Below, in pieces: positions 25,851 through 38,600 of a DNA stretch of 64,000 nucleotides; position 1 is the stretch's first letter; every line of letters starts with the position of its first letter. The position numbers and the translations under genes were made by a program. The notes below the pieces were generated by a model, which made no database searches, was not told where the DNA came from, and saw nothing but the letters and a program-made list of their open reading frames with translations. Origin of the DNA: Tricharina praecox (lineage: Eukaryota); contig NW_026250433.1 in assembly GCF_024521635.1 (NCBI RefSeq), positions 372,001 to 436,000 of the forward strand. The letters are read 5' to 3'.

Positions 25851-28022
25851 GGTTGCGGGAGTCGAGTGTTGTTTGGATTCGATTCGACGAGGGTGATGGT
25901 TGTATGTGTGGATGGGCCATGGCCTTTATATGTCGTCGCCTTTGCTTTGTCCGTCAAAGATCCGTGTAAGGCGCTTTGTGTTCCGAGTCATGGCCATGGG
26001 TTGTACTGCAGCAGACCGACTCGATACGAGGCCCATCTCTCCTCCACGCGAGGACGACATAGCGAACTTCTACATGGAGTTCTGGAATGCGCGAACCCTG
26101 CAGGGACAGCCTACCAGCTCGGAAGATATTTTTGGAGATCTGCAATGTGCGCGAGTAGGACTGTAGGAGGCGTTTGCGGCCCGCCTCGCTATGTCGCGAT
26201 CGGTCACACGTACTGTTCCCCTGGTGTTCGCGGTGTTTGTCAGCTGTTGGTCTTTGCGGACCCGTGCGCAGTGCTGAAGAGTAATCGAAACGCGTTTCCG
26301 AGAGCTCCGAGAATGTCCTTGTGACTTGTACATATAATCAGATGAGGATACTACAGGGACACCGGAGTACATGGAAAGAATGCTCAAAGACGACTTGTAG
26401 CAGTGGAGACGTTGCGGATAGCGTTTTTGACGTGAAGACAAATACGATTATACGAGGATGTGGGGTATTTTTGGAGAAGTTCGGACCGAGCGGATGTTGC
26501 AGATACCAAATTCTGATTGGCTGGGGAAACCGTGGTTACACAACACAGGTCTCCTCGACTTTCCCACAACCTCAACGGCGGAAGTCTTGTTTATACTACG
26601 GTTACACCCGGCAGATTGAGATCCGGCCTCCACCGCAGGTGAGTAATCGCGGTGGCCTTCAAGGGTTGATCGTCAGCCAACGAGCCGAGAACATCCTCAA
26701 CCCCAGGAAGAACAAGGGTGGGGTAGCGTGAGTTGGTATGCACCTAATTGTACGCATAAACTCGAATGACTTCCCGCGTACTGCCGGCCGATCCAGAGGA
26801 ACTCCTTCTTCGTATTGAACGCTGACGTCATACATCAGCGGATATTGGAATAAGAACATCGTCCGCTGGTTTCTACATGTCTGTCTCGAACGTGCCGGGT
26901 TGGACGCGACTGTTGTACGGAATCCCAGGATTAGTGAACGGTAGCCTGAAGTCCAGAGTGGTGCGAGCAAAGAAAACGTTCCAATTGAAGTCAGCCATTT
27001 GCATAGGGTAGATCTTCTTTGTTTCTCCCCTTCCGGAGAATTCATGCGAAGTCTCCCGACGTCATCCGCGCAAGAAGGAACCAAAATCTTTTGTAATCCT
27101 CAGCTTATTGCCATCCGGATAACCACGTCGAGATACCTTCACCACGTATCCTAACAGGTGTTGAAGAGAGAAACCGATGCCGAATGAACCCCGAATTGTT
27201 CAGTCAAGCGCTGGTTCCTATCGGCATGCGGGGCGAGTGATATGGCAAGCTTGCGGACAACAAGCGACGCCATATTGAAGGTTCAAAGGGTGTATAAACC
27301 TGGTCCTCCTCCTCCAGTGTCCTCCCTCGACTGGAAAGAGAATAGCCATAGAACAAACGGCTTATGCCTGCCCCCTCCCTCTGTGCCAGTCTGACATGCG
27401 GAATCCGACGGTTTCGATGGCTCGGTGGATGACGTGAGATCCTGTCGAAAACAAAGAACACCACAGAAAGTATATCCGAGGACGGCGTGGATGATGGAGA
27501 GAGATGTAGAATGTGTTGCCGATTCTTCCGAGACTCCCGTAGGACAGAGCGTGGCATTGGGTGATCTGTTAATGGGTAATTGGTGCGGGGCAGATAGCGA
27601 TTGAAGGGAAAGTCCAACTCCAGGATATGGGAGGAGTGTGGAGTGGTTGAGGTTGGTCGTTGCAGGCAGCTGCATGTCTGTCCAGATCAAGTTGGTAGGC
27701 CGTGCCAGAGTAACAGCATACGAAAACATCATCCAACTACTACAACTCTCTTATACACTCATTCGCATGCTACTACCACCACCTGTCGGCCCGCAAGATG
27801 TCGGCGAGACCACCGCCGCCCTTTTTGACACCGAATAAGACAAAAACCCAAGGTACCACGCCATAGCGGCCGCTGCACAATTCCAGGACTCGGAGACGAA
27901 CATCCATTGATTATTGGTAATCACACACGTTATCTCACATTGCATCGTCCGCCAACGGTCTTTTCTCCAGCTTGCACACTATCCATCGATCCTCAAAGAC
28001 GATGGAAAGCATCATGTTAACC

Positions 28023-28559
28023 TCAAGGACCAGAACGACACTCGGGCGTGCAGTATTGGTGCGGGCCGAGTTTGAGCGAAGTTGCTAGCTTGGTGGAGAC
28101 GGAACAGCCACCAACGGATGAAGAAAAAGAGAAGGGCATGTCTGAGCCCTGGAATGCCCTCGAAGCTATCAACAATTTCACGGCGGTATTTTGTTTTCCT
28201 ATTTGATTTGAGATGTTGTCTAACTGTTGTAGCATGGATCGATTATCTCTGCGAATGAGCGTGGTATGCATGATGATCTACGGTGGCTCGCGAGGTGTGT
28301 CGTCGGCCATGCGCCCAAGATCCCGATCGGTACGGAATTTCGATTTGCAGAAGTCATCGAAAAGGCATAGGAGCCAAAGAAGCGGCGAGAGTCTGTTGGT
28401 AGCGGACAGACGGGAGGTATGGGAGTGTCGGCGAAACGGCTGGTCTTTGTGCGCGAGTTTCGCACTGTGGTTGGTGTTCTTGATCTCGATATCCCTCCAA
28501 ACGTGTGCACATTGCATCTCGGCATTGAATTTGGCTTCATGGCTTCTTCGGCCAACCAC
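28023..28559 (-). pseudogene. Possible decayed ORF
   Basis: ORFs 28278-28559 and 28023-28271 are in the same frame, separated by a single TAG. No family recognised. Confidence 0.25.
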
Positions 28560-28904
28560 ATAGAATCACTCGAGCTTCACCATTTTATGTAGGTGGGGAA
28601 ACGTTGGTTGATTGGGAAGAAAGGGTCGAGGACCCGATGTCTATCTAACTCCGTACATCCGTCGTCACTCGGACCTATCCACAACCCTACCCTATTTACA
28701 ACCCTACAATTGAAGCTGCACTCCGTATCGTGAATTCAAACCCTCGATCTTTTCAATGGTCCCCAGTGCCCTGTCAAGCATAAGAAGCACATACTGATTC
28801 CCTCTCGAGCACCTTCTGCTCATCATCCCTTTATCCACCTTCACAATCCTCCTACTATCCACCTCATAAACGACAGTAACCAACGCTTTCAGATACTCAA
28901 AACC

Positions 28905-29624
28905 ATGCATAGCTACAACATCATGAACCGTTCGATTCCCGTCACGATTCGCATCAAAGGGCTCGACGAGATCAAAACCCACATAAAAATTATCCCCACC
29001 CCGACATTGCTGGACCTCGAAAAGTTCATCCACATGAACAGCCTCAATTTCTACCACACCGAGCACCTCAGCATCTACGACTTCCACGGGATCTACCGGC
29101 ACGGCCAGACATCTCCGTACGTCAACGAGATAATCCGCACCGAGCGCGCCTGGACCGCGCTTCTGCCCGTCCTCTACCAGGACCCCACTCCGCATCTCGT
29201 CATGGCAGGGGCCACCGATATTGGCACCAAACAACCGCGCCGCAAGTCCCTCCAGCTCCATGTCACAGTTCGTCACGACAAAGCCGGCAGCACTACCACC
29301 ACCACCCACCAACCGCTCACCGTGTGGATGCTGTGGGGCGAGACGCTACGTGAGTTCTTGGAGGCTGTGGACGGTGTTGCCGCACGCTGGCTGGCGGCGA
29401 ACCGCAGCGAGTCGATCTGCCTCGGCCACATCGGCGTCTCCTTCTTCGCCGATGGCAGAGGGAAGGCACTCCGCGACGAATGCGCGTACAAGGAACTCTG
29501 GGAGCTGAGTCCATCTACTGGAGGCATTTCTCTTCATGCGGAATATCAGATGCTGCCCCGGGACTCCCACCATTCACACAACGAACTTGGCGGGGCTGAG
29601 TCGAGGCGTGAGAAGAGGAGGTAG
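28905..29624 (+). CDS. Hypothetical protein, 239 aa
   Basis: Long ATG-initiated ORF with C-rich third positions and globular-looking composition. No motif recognised. Confidence 0.65.
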   Translation: MHSYNIMNRSIPVTIRIKGLDEIKTHIKIIPTPTLLDLEKFIHMNSLNFYHTEHLSIYDFHGIYRHGQTSPYVNEIIRTERAWTALLPVLYQDPTPHLVMAGATDIGTKQPRRKSLQLHVTVRHDKAGSTTTTTHQPLTVWMLWGETLREFLEAVDGVAARWLAANRSESICLGHIGVSFFADGRGKALRDECAYKELWELSPSTGGISLHAEYQMLPRDSHHSHNELGGAESRREKRR

Positions 29625-30381
29625 GTGTTCTTCCCATTGTTGTGGTACTACCGGTCGATAGCTGATGAAGGATGATGTAGTTCCAAGCTTTAGGCCGAAA
29701 CAGACTCTCGTTAAGTCGATCCGAGTCTTCCTGCGATTTCGAACTTGTTTTTCTTTGCGATAGATCGGGTGGATGATTTGAGTGACGTTCCGCTTGTCGC
29801 GTTTTTTTGATTTTTGTTCTTGCTCAGTCATTGATTTGACACGCGTTGTTTTGACTGTTTTGTATTCTTGCCTAGTTAATTTCATTGAGAGTCATATTTC
29901 ATGATGCAAAACAAAATGATTCAGGCGGAGTAAACGTTTACTTCGTTCGCCGTCAAGTGTATTACCATTGCACCAGCCAGCTTCTGGGATGGATTCTCAC
30001 GCTCAGAACCGACGATATGTCCCACCACCGAAGTTTCTATTCATAAGGGTAGCCACTGCTTGTTATTCATTAATAGTACTACACCACCGGTGTCTATCGT
30101 AGCTTGGTCCTTCACATCAACACGCCTCACCGAGACCCTTCTTATGCATACCAAAGTAATTGATACGCAGCTTTAAAAACCCATCATCCTAGCAACTCAT
30201 CAAACTCATCATACAAACAACCGATCACGGCATGAAACAGAAACATGACATTTCTAACCGTGTGCTCCATCCATCTACCGGACACCCATACCCATTTCAT
30301 CTTCAACAATCTGAAGCACAAAACTCGTCAGTATTAAAACATATCACAGCAGTAATAAACCGATTAACACAGTAATTCTCC

Positions 30382-31527
30382 TCAGGAGGTAGTCGTGCGA
30401 CGGGACCTCTTGCTCTTCCACACCTCGTACCATCTCCGCTTCTTGACCGGCTCATCCTTTGCAGAGGAGTAGGGGCTGCGATATTGCCTTCCATCAAGGC
30501 TCATAGGTGTATGATCGCTCAACATCGATGAGCTTGAGAACCTCACTGTAGACTCCTCTGTCTGAGCCCCCGAAACAACCACATCATCCACGGAGAATGT
30601 CGACTCTTCATCCACCATCATCACCTCCTCTTCCATCGCCTCTTCCTCGACCTGCTCATAATACACTTCCACTTCCTCTTCAACCTGCTCAACATACTCC
30701 TGCACAACGCTCTTCTTCATCTCCCTCTCTTTCTCCGCCGTCGCTATATACTCCACCATCTTCTTCCAAGTATCATCGACCTGTTTCTCCCACACCATCT
30801 CGGCCTTCTGATCCTCGAGGGCCGCGTCGAGCATATACAGCTCCTGCTTAGCGAGATCACTGACGCCGCGACGCACGCACTCATCGATGAACTCATCCCT
30901 CCTCAACCCCTGATCCTTCGGGCGAAGCGAGAACTCCTTTCTAAAATCCAGCGAATCGTACCCGGAGCCGAGATATGGCTTGAGCTCGCGGTACGCAGCG
31001 AGCCGCGGGTCGACGCCGCCCCTGCTCGCCAGATTGTCTGTCCTCTGGTGTGTACTCAGCTTTGACTGTTCCGCGTTGCCATTGTAGGGATGCGAAACCT
31101 CGGGCGTCAAACAAAGGAAGTTCCCTGTGCCAGTACCTAATCGGACGCTGGGTGCGGAGGGTTCAGCGCGGATCGGCTCGGCGGGCGGCGGTCCGTCTTC
31201 GCCGATGTCTTCGATGTCGGGATAGGACTCGACTTCTCGGTACGGCTTGACTGGTCGGACGGGCTTGAATCCGAGTTGAACGGGCTTGACTTCCGCGAAG
31301 GGCTCGACGTCTTCAAAGGCGGTAAACGAGAAGTAGCGTTCCGAAGCCATGGGGTGGCGCGAGGAGTACAGTGGGGATTGATCGGCTGCAGCGGCTCGGA
31401 GGTTCTGCATTGACGGCTGACGGGAAAGGTATTTAGAAGAGAGCGGGAGATTAAGGTCGGAGGCAGAGAAGCTCTGATTCGCCAAGCTTGGTGTAATATT
31501 TATGTCCATGGCGTATTCATATGACAT
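30382..31527 (-). CDS. Hypothetical protein with acidic coiled-coil C-terminal half, 381 aa
   Basis: Intronless ORF with a TATA-like TATTTAAA ~85 bp upstream on the minus strand, an E/K-rich helical segment and a basic C-terminus. Confidence 0.75.
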   Translation of the reverse strand: MSYEYAMDINITPSLANQSFSASDLNLPLSSKYLSRQPSMQNLRAAAADQSPLYSSRHPMASERYFSFTAFEDVEPFAEVKPVQLGFKPVRPVKPYREVESYPDIEDIGEDGPPPAEPIRAEPSAPSVRLGTGTGNFLCLTPEVSHPYNGNAEQSKLSTHQRTDNLASRGGVDPRLAAYRELKPYLGSGYDSLDFRKEFSLRPKDQGLRRDEFIDECVRRGVSDLAKQELYMLDAALEDQKAEMVWEKQVDDTWKKMVEYIATAEKEREMKKSVVQEYVEQVEEEVEVYYEQVEEEAMEEEVMMVDEESTFSVDDVVVSGAQTEESTVRFSSSSMLSDHTPMSLDGRQYRSPYSSAKDEPVKKRRWYEVWKSKRSRRTTTS

Positions 31528-32672
31528 GATGGGTGAGATTGGATTTGAGGATGAAAGTGTGGGATTGGAACAAGGGAGTGGTGCCGTTCTAGAGGAGATG
31601 GAGGAGGAGGTTTAAATAAGGGCACCGAAGGGCGTTCAGTGTCTCGGCAATGTCGCACAGGGTTGGCTGCTACGGTCTATCGAATGGCCTTGGACTCCCA
31701 AACAAAACACATGCTCCTCCGTCCGTGGCACTGCTACTTTCATCAAAATACGACCACGTCCCACAATTCATAGTGGATAACCGCCTATATTGGCCGACAC
31801 ACAGCATCAAAGTGATATCCGAGCCCGAATTACTCCAGTGCACCGAAGAAGGAGCAGTGGAGATGAGATACCTGGTGAGCATATCCAAAGCACGACCTGT
31901 CTCACGGAAAATTTCCGGTTCGCAATTGCATTAGGAGTTCTTCTAACCGCTCGTTTTGACGGCTCCACATTCATATCTAGTCCCTCCGTCCTCGCCTTCC
32001 TCTCGGGCCTCGTTTATTCACTAAACCGAGCCACCTCCGCCACCACTGAATAGTCTTTTACAACATCAACATACATTTTCGAAGTCCGAATGCGCATCCT
32101 CGCGGTCATCACGACTCTCGATGTAAGAGCTTGGGAGGGCTCAGGGTCCTGGTGCACGCTCACCGAGGGGCACAATGGCGGCACCATCTATCCCCGATGC
32201 GATTACTGCGAAGGTTTAGGCGGATATCCTCTGGGCCACACACAAGATCATGTATCAGTGGGGTCTGAGGTAAGTGGGCTAGAACCTCTCCAGAGTCGCG
32301 GATAGGTGTCACGGGAGTCTCGGCTCGAGTGACATCCATGACGAGCCAATGATTTCCACGCAATGACAATCCAGATCATAGATGAAATCATCGGTCCATC
32401 AACGGCGGTTCTATATCTAGAGACGCCTATAGTTCCTGGGCGGTAGCAGTGGCCGTGCGAAGTGGTAAACGTGTATACTCGGCGAAGAACCATGTCTTCT
32501 CCGACAGTCGGAACTCGGCCATCGTTTGGCGTCGAGTACGGTGTATCGGCCTAATTGACTGTACTCTCTATCCACGACTGCTCCGCGGCCTGTCCCTGAT
32601 TCCTTCTAGTCGTCAACCGTTGATACGAAATTCCGTGGCCCCCATTGGGTTAATCCTTGTTCTATCAAATAC

Positions 32673-34205
32673 TTCTTTCCTCCTGGCCATGCCATGTGAG
32701 AGGCACCAGTAGCTTAAGCAAAATGTTGCTGCTCTGGCCGCTGTGCGAGACGATGATATCGGCTTCTTAATCAACTGCGCTCTGCACTCTCGATCCACGC
32801 TGGTTTCCGTGTCCTCGGCTGGTTTCTAGTCGTCAACCACGGCTAAGAAGAGTTGTTTCTCTGTTAGTCGCGCAAGACGATGATATCGGCTTTGTGTGTG
32901 CGACGAGCGCTATGCTTTTTTCTTTTTTTCTTTCTTGGTTTAATCAGTACTTGCTTGCGCGTTTATCGCTAGAGTATTTCTCGCTGTGGGAAGGAGTTCA
33001 TTCTTACTCACTCGGAGGTCGAATGATTTCGTGTGATGTCAAACGTGCGTCGACAGCTTGGAATGTAGCGGTATTTGCTGAAAACCAAACTTTTGAGTCC
33101 CGGCTAGTGCGTTAGAAGTAGCTGCTTGGAATTCATCCACTTCACCCTATAAAATCCCACCTTTCCTCCCAACTCTTCCTCCCATTCTCCTCCCTCTCCA
33201 CTCATTCACTTCTTCTCCTTATTTCCCGTCCGACACTACTTGTTGGTTCATGCTACTGACTTTAATCATCTTCCAAGGTCCGATAACGACACTAAGGGAT
33301 ACTGGCTGTAATGAAATAGTAATAAGCGACGCCGAGTTCTACTATTTCCGGCACGTCCTCACTCCCTCCTCCACCTCGTCCGCTGCGCTTAATACTAACT
33401 TATATTCTCTATAAGTCAACATCAGCCTTCTCAACGACTTACAATTCCCAAATTCTCCCACGGCCGATAAATTCCCGCTTGTTCATTCATGCTGAAGCAT
33501 AATTAGTTTTCACGGTCTGATATCGACCCCGAGGCCTACTCTATGAGGTACGTCCTCTCTCCCTCCCCTCCTTTTACTTCCAGGATAACCTTACAGAGCT
33601 GTCCTGCTCAGCCGCAGTAGCGAGAAACTGAGGAATCCGTGCAACTGGTTTACAAAGTAGACTGTTGCGGTTAGAGACGGATCCAACCCTCGAGGCTGAG
33701 CAGAAAAGATCCAAGGACGGGGTTTTCTCTTGCGCTGCCGGCAGAAGTTCTTTCCCCCTTCCTCCGGGGGTCCAAGCCGATCAAGACTCGACTTGCCGAC
33801 TTGCTCCCGTTGGATGGCCCCTGACGGGGAAGAAAAAATAAGAAGTATAACTTGGTTTACTATCCCCTGGTTATATGCGGAGGTTTTCTTCCTTTGCTGT
33901 GAGTCTGTGACAGCAAAGGTCTTTCATCCTGGCCATGCATGTGTGAGAGACATGCATGGCCAAGGCCACCTCTTCGAAACCGGGGGACAAACGGTTTCGG
34001 ACGAGCAAATAACAAAACTAAAGAAGTATAACTTGGGCTACTGTTCCACCCAAGTTATACACATATAACCTGGTTTACTACACCCCAGGTTATACGCGGA
34101 GGTTTTCTTCCTTTTAAAGGTCTTTCCTCTGGCCATGTATGTGAGGCATGCATGGCCATTGGCCAAATGTTGTTGCTATGGCCGCTGTGCGAGACAAAGA
34201 CATTG
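32673..34205. repeat. Locally repeated, hairpin-rich non-coding module (partial copies at ~32673-32766, 33841-33962, 34021-34205)
   Basis: AGAAGTATAACTTGG and GCGGAGGTTTTCTTCCTTT are shared by the last two copies. CTGGCCATG is in all three. TGGCCGCTGTGCGAGAC is shared by the first and third. Confidence 0.75.
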
Positions 34206-37200
34206 ACTTGGTGCACAGGCTCTCGTTTGGGCGGTGCGGATGTTCGGAGATCGTATGGACAGAAGTCTCTGCGGTAGAGAGGGAGAGAGAGTGATTCAGA
34301 TCAGGGGATTGTATTGACTGTCCTACTTGATAGAGATATGAAAGAGTGGCATACAGTTCCCGAGTAACGTGGTAGTATACTGTAGTGAACTTGGTGATAA
34401 ACCTACTGTTTACTACCATAACGCCGTAATGAGTGATTTTCGTGCTGGCACACTAGTAGCACCTCGCAGGTCTGTGCTTTAACGGGCCTACAACGCATTC
34501 ATAAAGCTTCACAGGTACTACGAAGTTATCGATAGCTAGGAGGGTCGAGCTATCAAATGTGAAGGTATGAATTGGGTAGTAGTAGAAGTGCTGCGGAGTC
34601 GCTGTGTAGGAACTTGGCAGAGCTCGGACGGGTTCATAACCGCGCGTAGTAAATTTACAGCACGGAAAAAACCCGTGTGACCTAACCGTCACGCACCCGG
34701 CGGGGTTAGCATGGACAGCGGTCCATTTATCGGGGTTTCCAAGCCACCCGCCGGAGGTGGTGAAGGTTCTTGGTTCGAGCCTGGTTTGGCCCGGGGTTAT
34801 ACCACGCTGTCGTTTTTTTTTGGGTTTAATCATCATGGGATTCGGACGTAGCACTACCTAGGTCATGGCTGATTATACTGCTGTGTCCACACGGCTGTTA
34901 CCGACCTCTCGTCTCGAGCTCCATGCCGGTTCCCTATTGTTCTCTACCCCCCAGCCCTCCCCTCGAGCAAAATTTAAAATTTTGCATCCGATCGCATACC
35001 TACCCATAGTCGTCTGCTCCCGGCTCTCGTCTGCTATCATCTGCTCCTTTCTCTCTCTCGCTCATCATCTACCGAATACATGAATCATGATCACCCTTCA
35101 CATCTCCTCTTTCTTCTGTGTGCGGCGTGTGGTCTCCTTTCGATCCCGCCTCCGGCTTGGATAGGCATTGCCGAAAAAGCTACTGTGCCACTGCACCAGT
35201 GCTCCTGACTAGTACCACTACCGGCAAAACGTTCGGGCCCCAATGGGGCTTGCGTCTTCCTCTGGCTTGACCGAAGCCCTACAGTCCTTGATATTCCGGG
35301 CCCGAAAAATTCGGTCCCGTCCGTGGCAGAGCCCAGGACGGACTGGACGGACGACTCTGAGGCCTGCACGCTACACGCTCGGTGAAGATCGAAAAGATCA
35401 AGTGGTTATAATATTATTATTGCTGACAACACATAACCGAGACATGAAGAAAAGCAAAGCACGTTATTCCGAATTACATAGCTCTCCAACATATAAAACC
35501 CTCAGATTGGTACATCCCAGCCACTTGATCGAATAACCAAAGACACAACCTTCTTCCCCACTACCCCGAGAAAGTTGTTGGAAACCCGAAAAGAAAAGCG
35601 GTGGTGATGCAGAATGATTGTCGAGAAGGTAAGTCGGAGATGGAATCTGATCCGGCGCACTAGGGATCCAGCGAGCATCTAGCAGATGACGCACATCCAG
35701 TCTATTATCGGTTGTCAGCTACTATTAATCGGGACCATTGACGGAGCGACGGAGGAGAGGTAACTGTTCGAGTTGTTAACCGGAGTGTTGGCCTCCTCGG
35801 AAGCAGCACTGGCGACGATTTGGATGGAATGCTGCATATTGACTAAGGTAGGATAGCAAGGAAGGTGTTGCGTGTGGTTTACATTAGTCTTGGAGGCGGA
35901 TTGCTGGCCGGATGAAGATTTAGAAACTCGGAGGACGGGCTCGTCCTTTAATAACAATTTTCCTCTATCCAGACGAAGCTTCAAACGACGTTTCTCTCGT
36001 GGTGTTCGAGGTGATCATGGCCTCTACGCGTGGCCAACCTCCATGTACCACCAGCCGCCAAATCAAAGCAAACCCAGTACTGTGGGCGATATAGCTGCGG
36101 TCAGGCGGGCTTGGACTGTGGCGAGCTTATGATTGTTGTCACTTGATAGTGCCGTTCATGTTGGAATATTGGTGGCGTCCGTCTTACGCGATATGCGCTT
36201 CCCAGCCGCGGTTAAAACGAACAATAGCAAGACTTTCCATAAGCGGGATGTGCATAAGCAGGCTGACAGTCTAGCGAGCTGTCGGCCATCGACAACCAAT
36301 CATAGAGTTAGGACTAAGCGGGCTGCACATGGCGACTCGCGCGGAAAATAGGCGTGCAATTTGGGCGATTGTCTTCTCGAGAGAATCTCGATCGCTGAAA
36401 TGAGCCCATTGAGTCGGATTCTTAGATACTGCCCACGGGATTGTTCTGAATTTCAGCTGTGACAGCGAGAATCATCGGGTCGCCATCCATAGAGCGACAG
36501 GCATTACCGGAGGAGACAGCGAAGCAAGTGAAGTTGAGCTGACCCTCTAGTTCTGGCCCGGTCCAATTGCTTCCAACATCGGATGTAACCAGGAGTGGTG
36601 TTCTTGGCATTTTCGCCGTTGTTTTCCTTTTACGGATCGTTTTCTGTTAGGAAGGAAGAACGGGCCGTGCTTCGATCATGTGTTCGGCCTATCATGGTAG
36701 CGGAAGTAAGTCGCCCAGAGGATTTCACGTCCATGATTCTGAAACCTTCACCGAAGAAAGTCCTAGACACTCGATATGGCCTGATGAAGCAAGCACTTCT
36801 CGGATGTCCATCGGTCCCCGCGCAGTACACAACACCGCCAACTCGCCGGCAAACCAACATACGGAAACGGAGATTCAGGACGCAGCTGCGATTGGACGCC
36901 GACGGTGGGGTCTTCGTGTCTGATGGTCGCCATCTTCTGTTATACGAACAAATTAGACTTTTCTGCTTGCTAGTAGTGATGGAAAAGGGAGGAGAGGGAG
37001 CGGACACCGCCGGATTTGGTCTCAAGAGATCTCTGCACGAATGACGACAATTATTAGAAGAGTGAGCTGACTATCTCAGCCTCCCACATTGAGTGGTGGA
37101 AGTGACGGGAGGAAGGTAACGGTGCGTCTTCAACAAGTCATCCAATCGGAACGCTGGGTATTGACATTGAGGACGTTTGGGTGTGAAAGCACAAACAGGC

Positions 37201-38141
37201 GTTTGACGAGAACGCTGCCAGTGAGGGGGTGCTCGATCGAAGCGATTGAGGTTTCTGTGGGCAGGGAGTCGAATTGAAATGAATAGGCTGACCAGGGCAG
37301 TGACTTACTGCATTGGGAGATGGGATTGCGTTGTCAGCGAGTGGTAAATGATGATGAACAACCCCCCGTTCGGGTAGCCGGCAGCTCCGCCTCCAACAGC
37401 TAATTACGTTCGGCACGGGATCCATTGGTGCTGACACAGCTTCCAGTCGATCCCATCGGATTACTCGGAAGATCGCCACTCTGACCATAACAATAGCCAT
37501 GCTCCTTGCACATTTCATCCAGCCTTCAACTCGATACTGACAGTGCCGGTATGATCAGACTCCGCAACGTATCACCTTCCCCCTGTCTACGGTGGCCATG
37601 AAGAGACAACTGTTACTCGTCTACAAGACGGCTACAGCACATCTACAAACTCGACGATCTCCTCTGACCGCCGTCCTCTCCCACCCCACTAGGTACATCT
37701 ACCCGCTGTATGCCCAGTCACTCCATAGAAGAACTCTAAACCAAACTTACATTGCACATAGATGCACACGATTTCAGCATCTCGTTTGCTCGGCCGTCGC
37801 ACCCTCTAGCCTATACATTGTCTATCACCCACGAGTCGCCCCCTACAGCCTCATCACCTTTGCACCATTGATCATACCTCTCCCTCTCCAGATTATCCGC
37901 AGATTGCCTATGCATCTTCCGTTCGAACGCCATTTGGCAAAACACCTCTGATATCAGGTGCGTAATTTGTCTGCACAGTCTCTATTCGCACGCAAAAACC
38001 CCTAGGCGCCAGACTTTAAGCGTCCGAGTCAGATTTGGTATCAGGAGGGCGTTTGTTTTTTTAATCATTAATTAAATGTGACCTGTCTAGATCATAGCAA
38101 TATCCGCCCTGATCATACACACCGCCGACTCCCTCAACTCT

Positions 38142-38600
38142 TCAGCGCCCACGGCTTGCTCCCTTAACATTTCCGCGCCCTCGACCTACTCCCGCACCTT
38201 TTACGTGCCCTTGACCTGCTCCCTCGACTCTTCCACGCCCTCGACTCATCCGCTCCCAAAACTCTTCCTCACTCTGGACCTGCTCCGACAAATCTTTGTC
38301 AGCAAATGGGTTGTGCGGATCGGAGTTCGCCGAAATACCTTCATCTGGTAGGGGGACGTATGCGCAGGGAAGGCCGGCATCTGGGTGCGTACGCCTGATG
38401 GGAGCTTTTCCCAACTCGTTTGCGGGTTTCTTTTCGGGTTGAATATCATCGTGGTTGGCGTTGGTGACGGGCTTTGGCTTTGGCTTCGTGGATAGAACCG
38501 CTCTTCGGGAGGACGGTACGCGAGGAACAGCGTGCGCGCTCCGTGGGGCGACTTTTGGCCTGCTCCTCCTCGGCTGTTCACTTTCTCCTAGCGATGTCTT
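38142..38600 (-). other. Start-less ~150-codon open frame (terminal exon or relic) ending in an RG-rich tail
   Basis: The frame of ORF 38142-38414 stays open upstream to ~38600 (KTSLGESEQPRRSRPK...QSEEEFWERMSRGRGR...RGR*). No upstream exon found. Confidence 0.3.

Noticed and set aside
21893..33552. TACTCTATGAGGT at ~21897, ~24024 and ~33537
   Set aside because: Short match with unrelated flanks; not distinguishable from chance or donor-site bias.
34695..34795. GGTTCGAGCC B-box-like motif suggesting a tRNA
   Set aside because: I could not build consistent acceptor and T stems; at most a degenerate relic.
34900..37950. Fragmentary ORFs that might be a transposon or gene relic (also 26.6-27.7 kb, 57.8-59.5 kb, 61.5-63.8 kb)
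   Set aside because: No RT, integrase, DDE or other motif could be recognised by eye; needs BLASTX.
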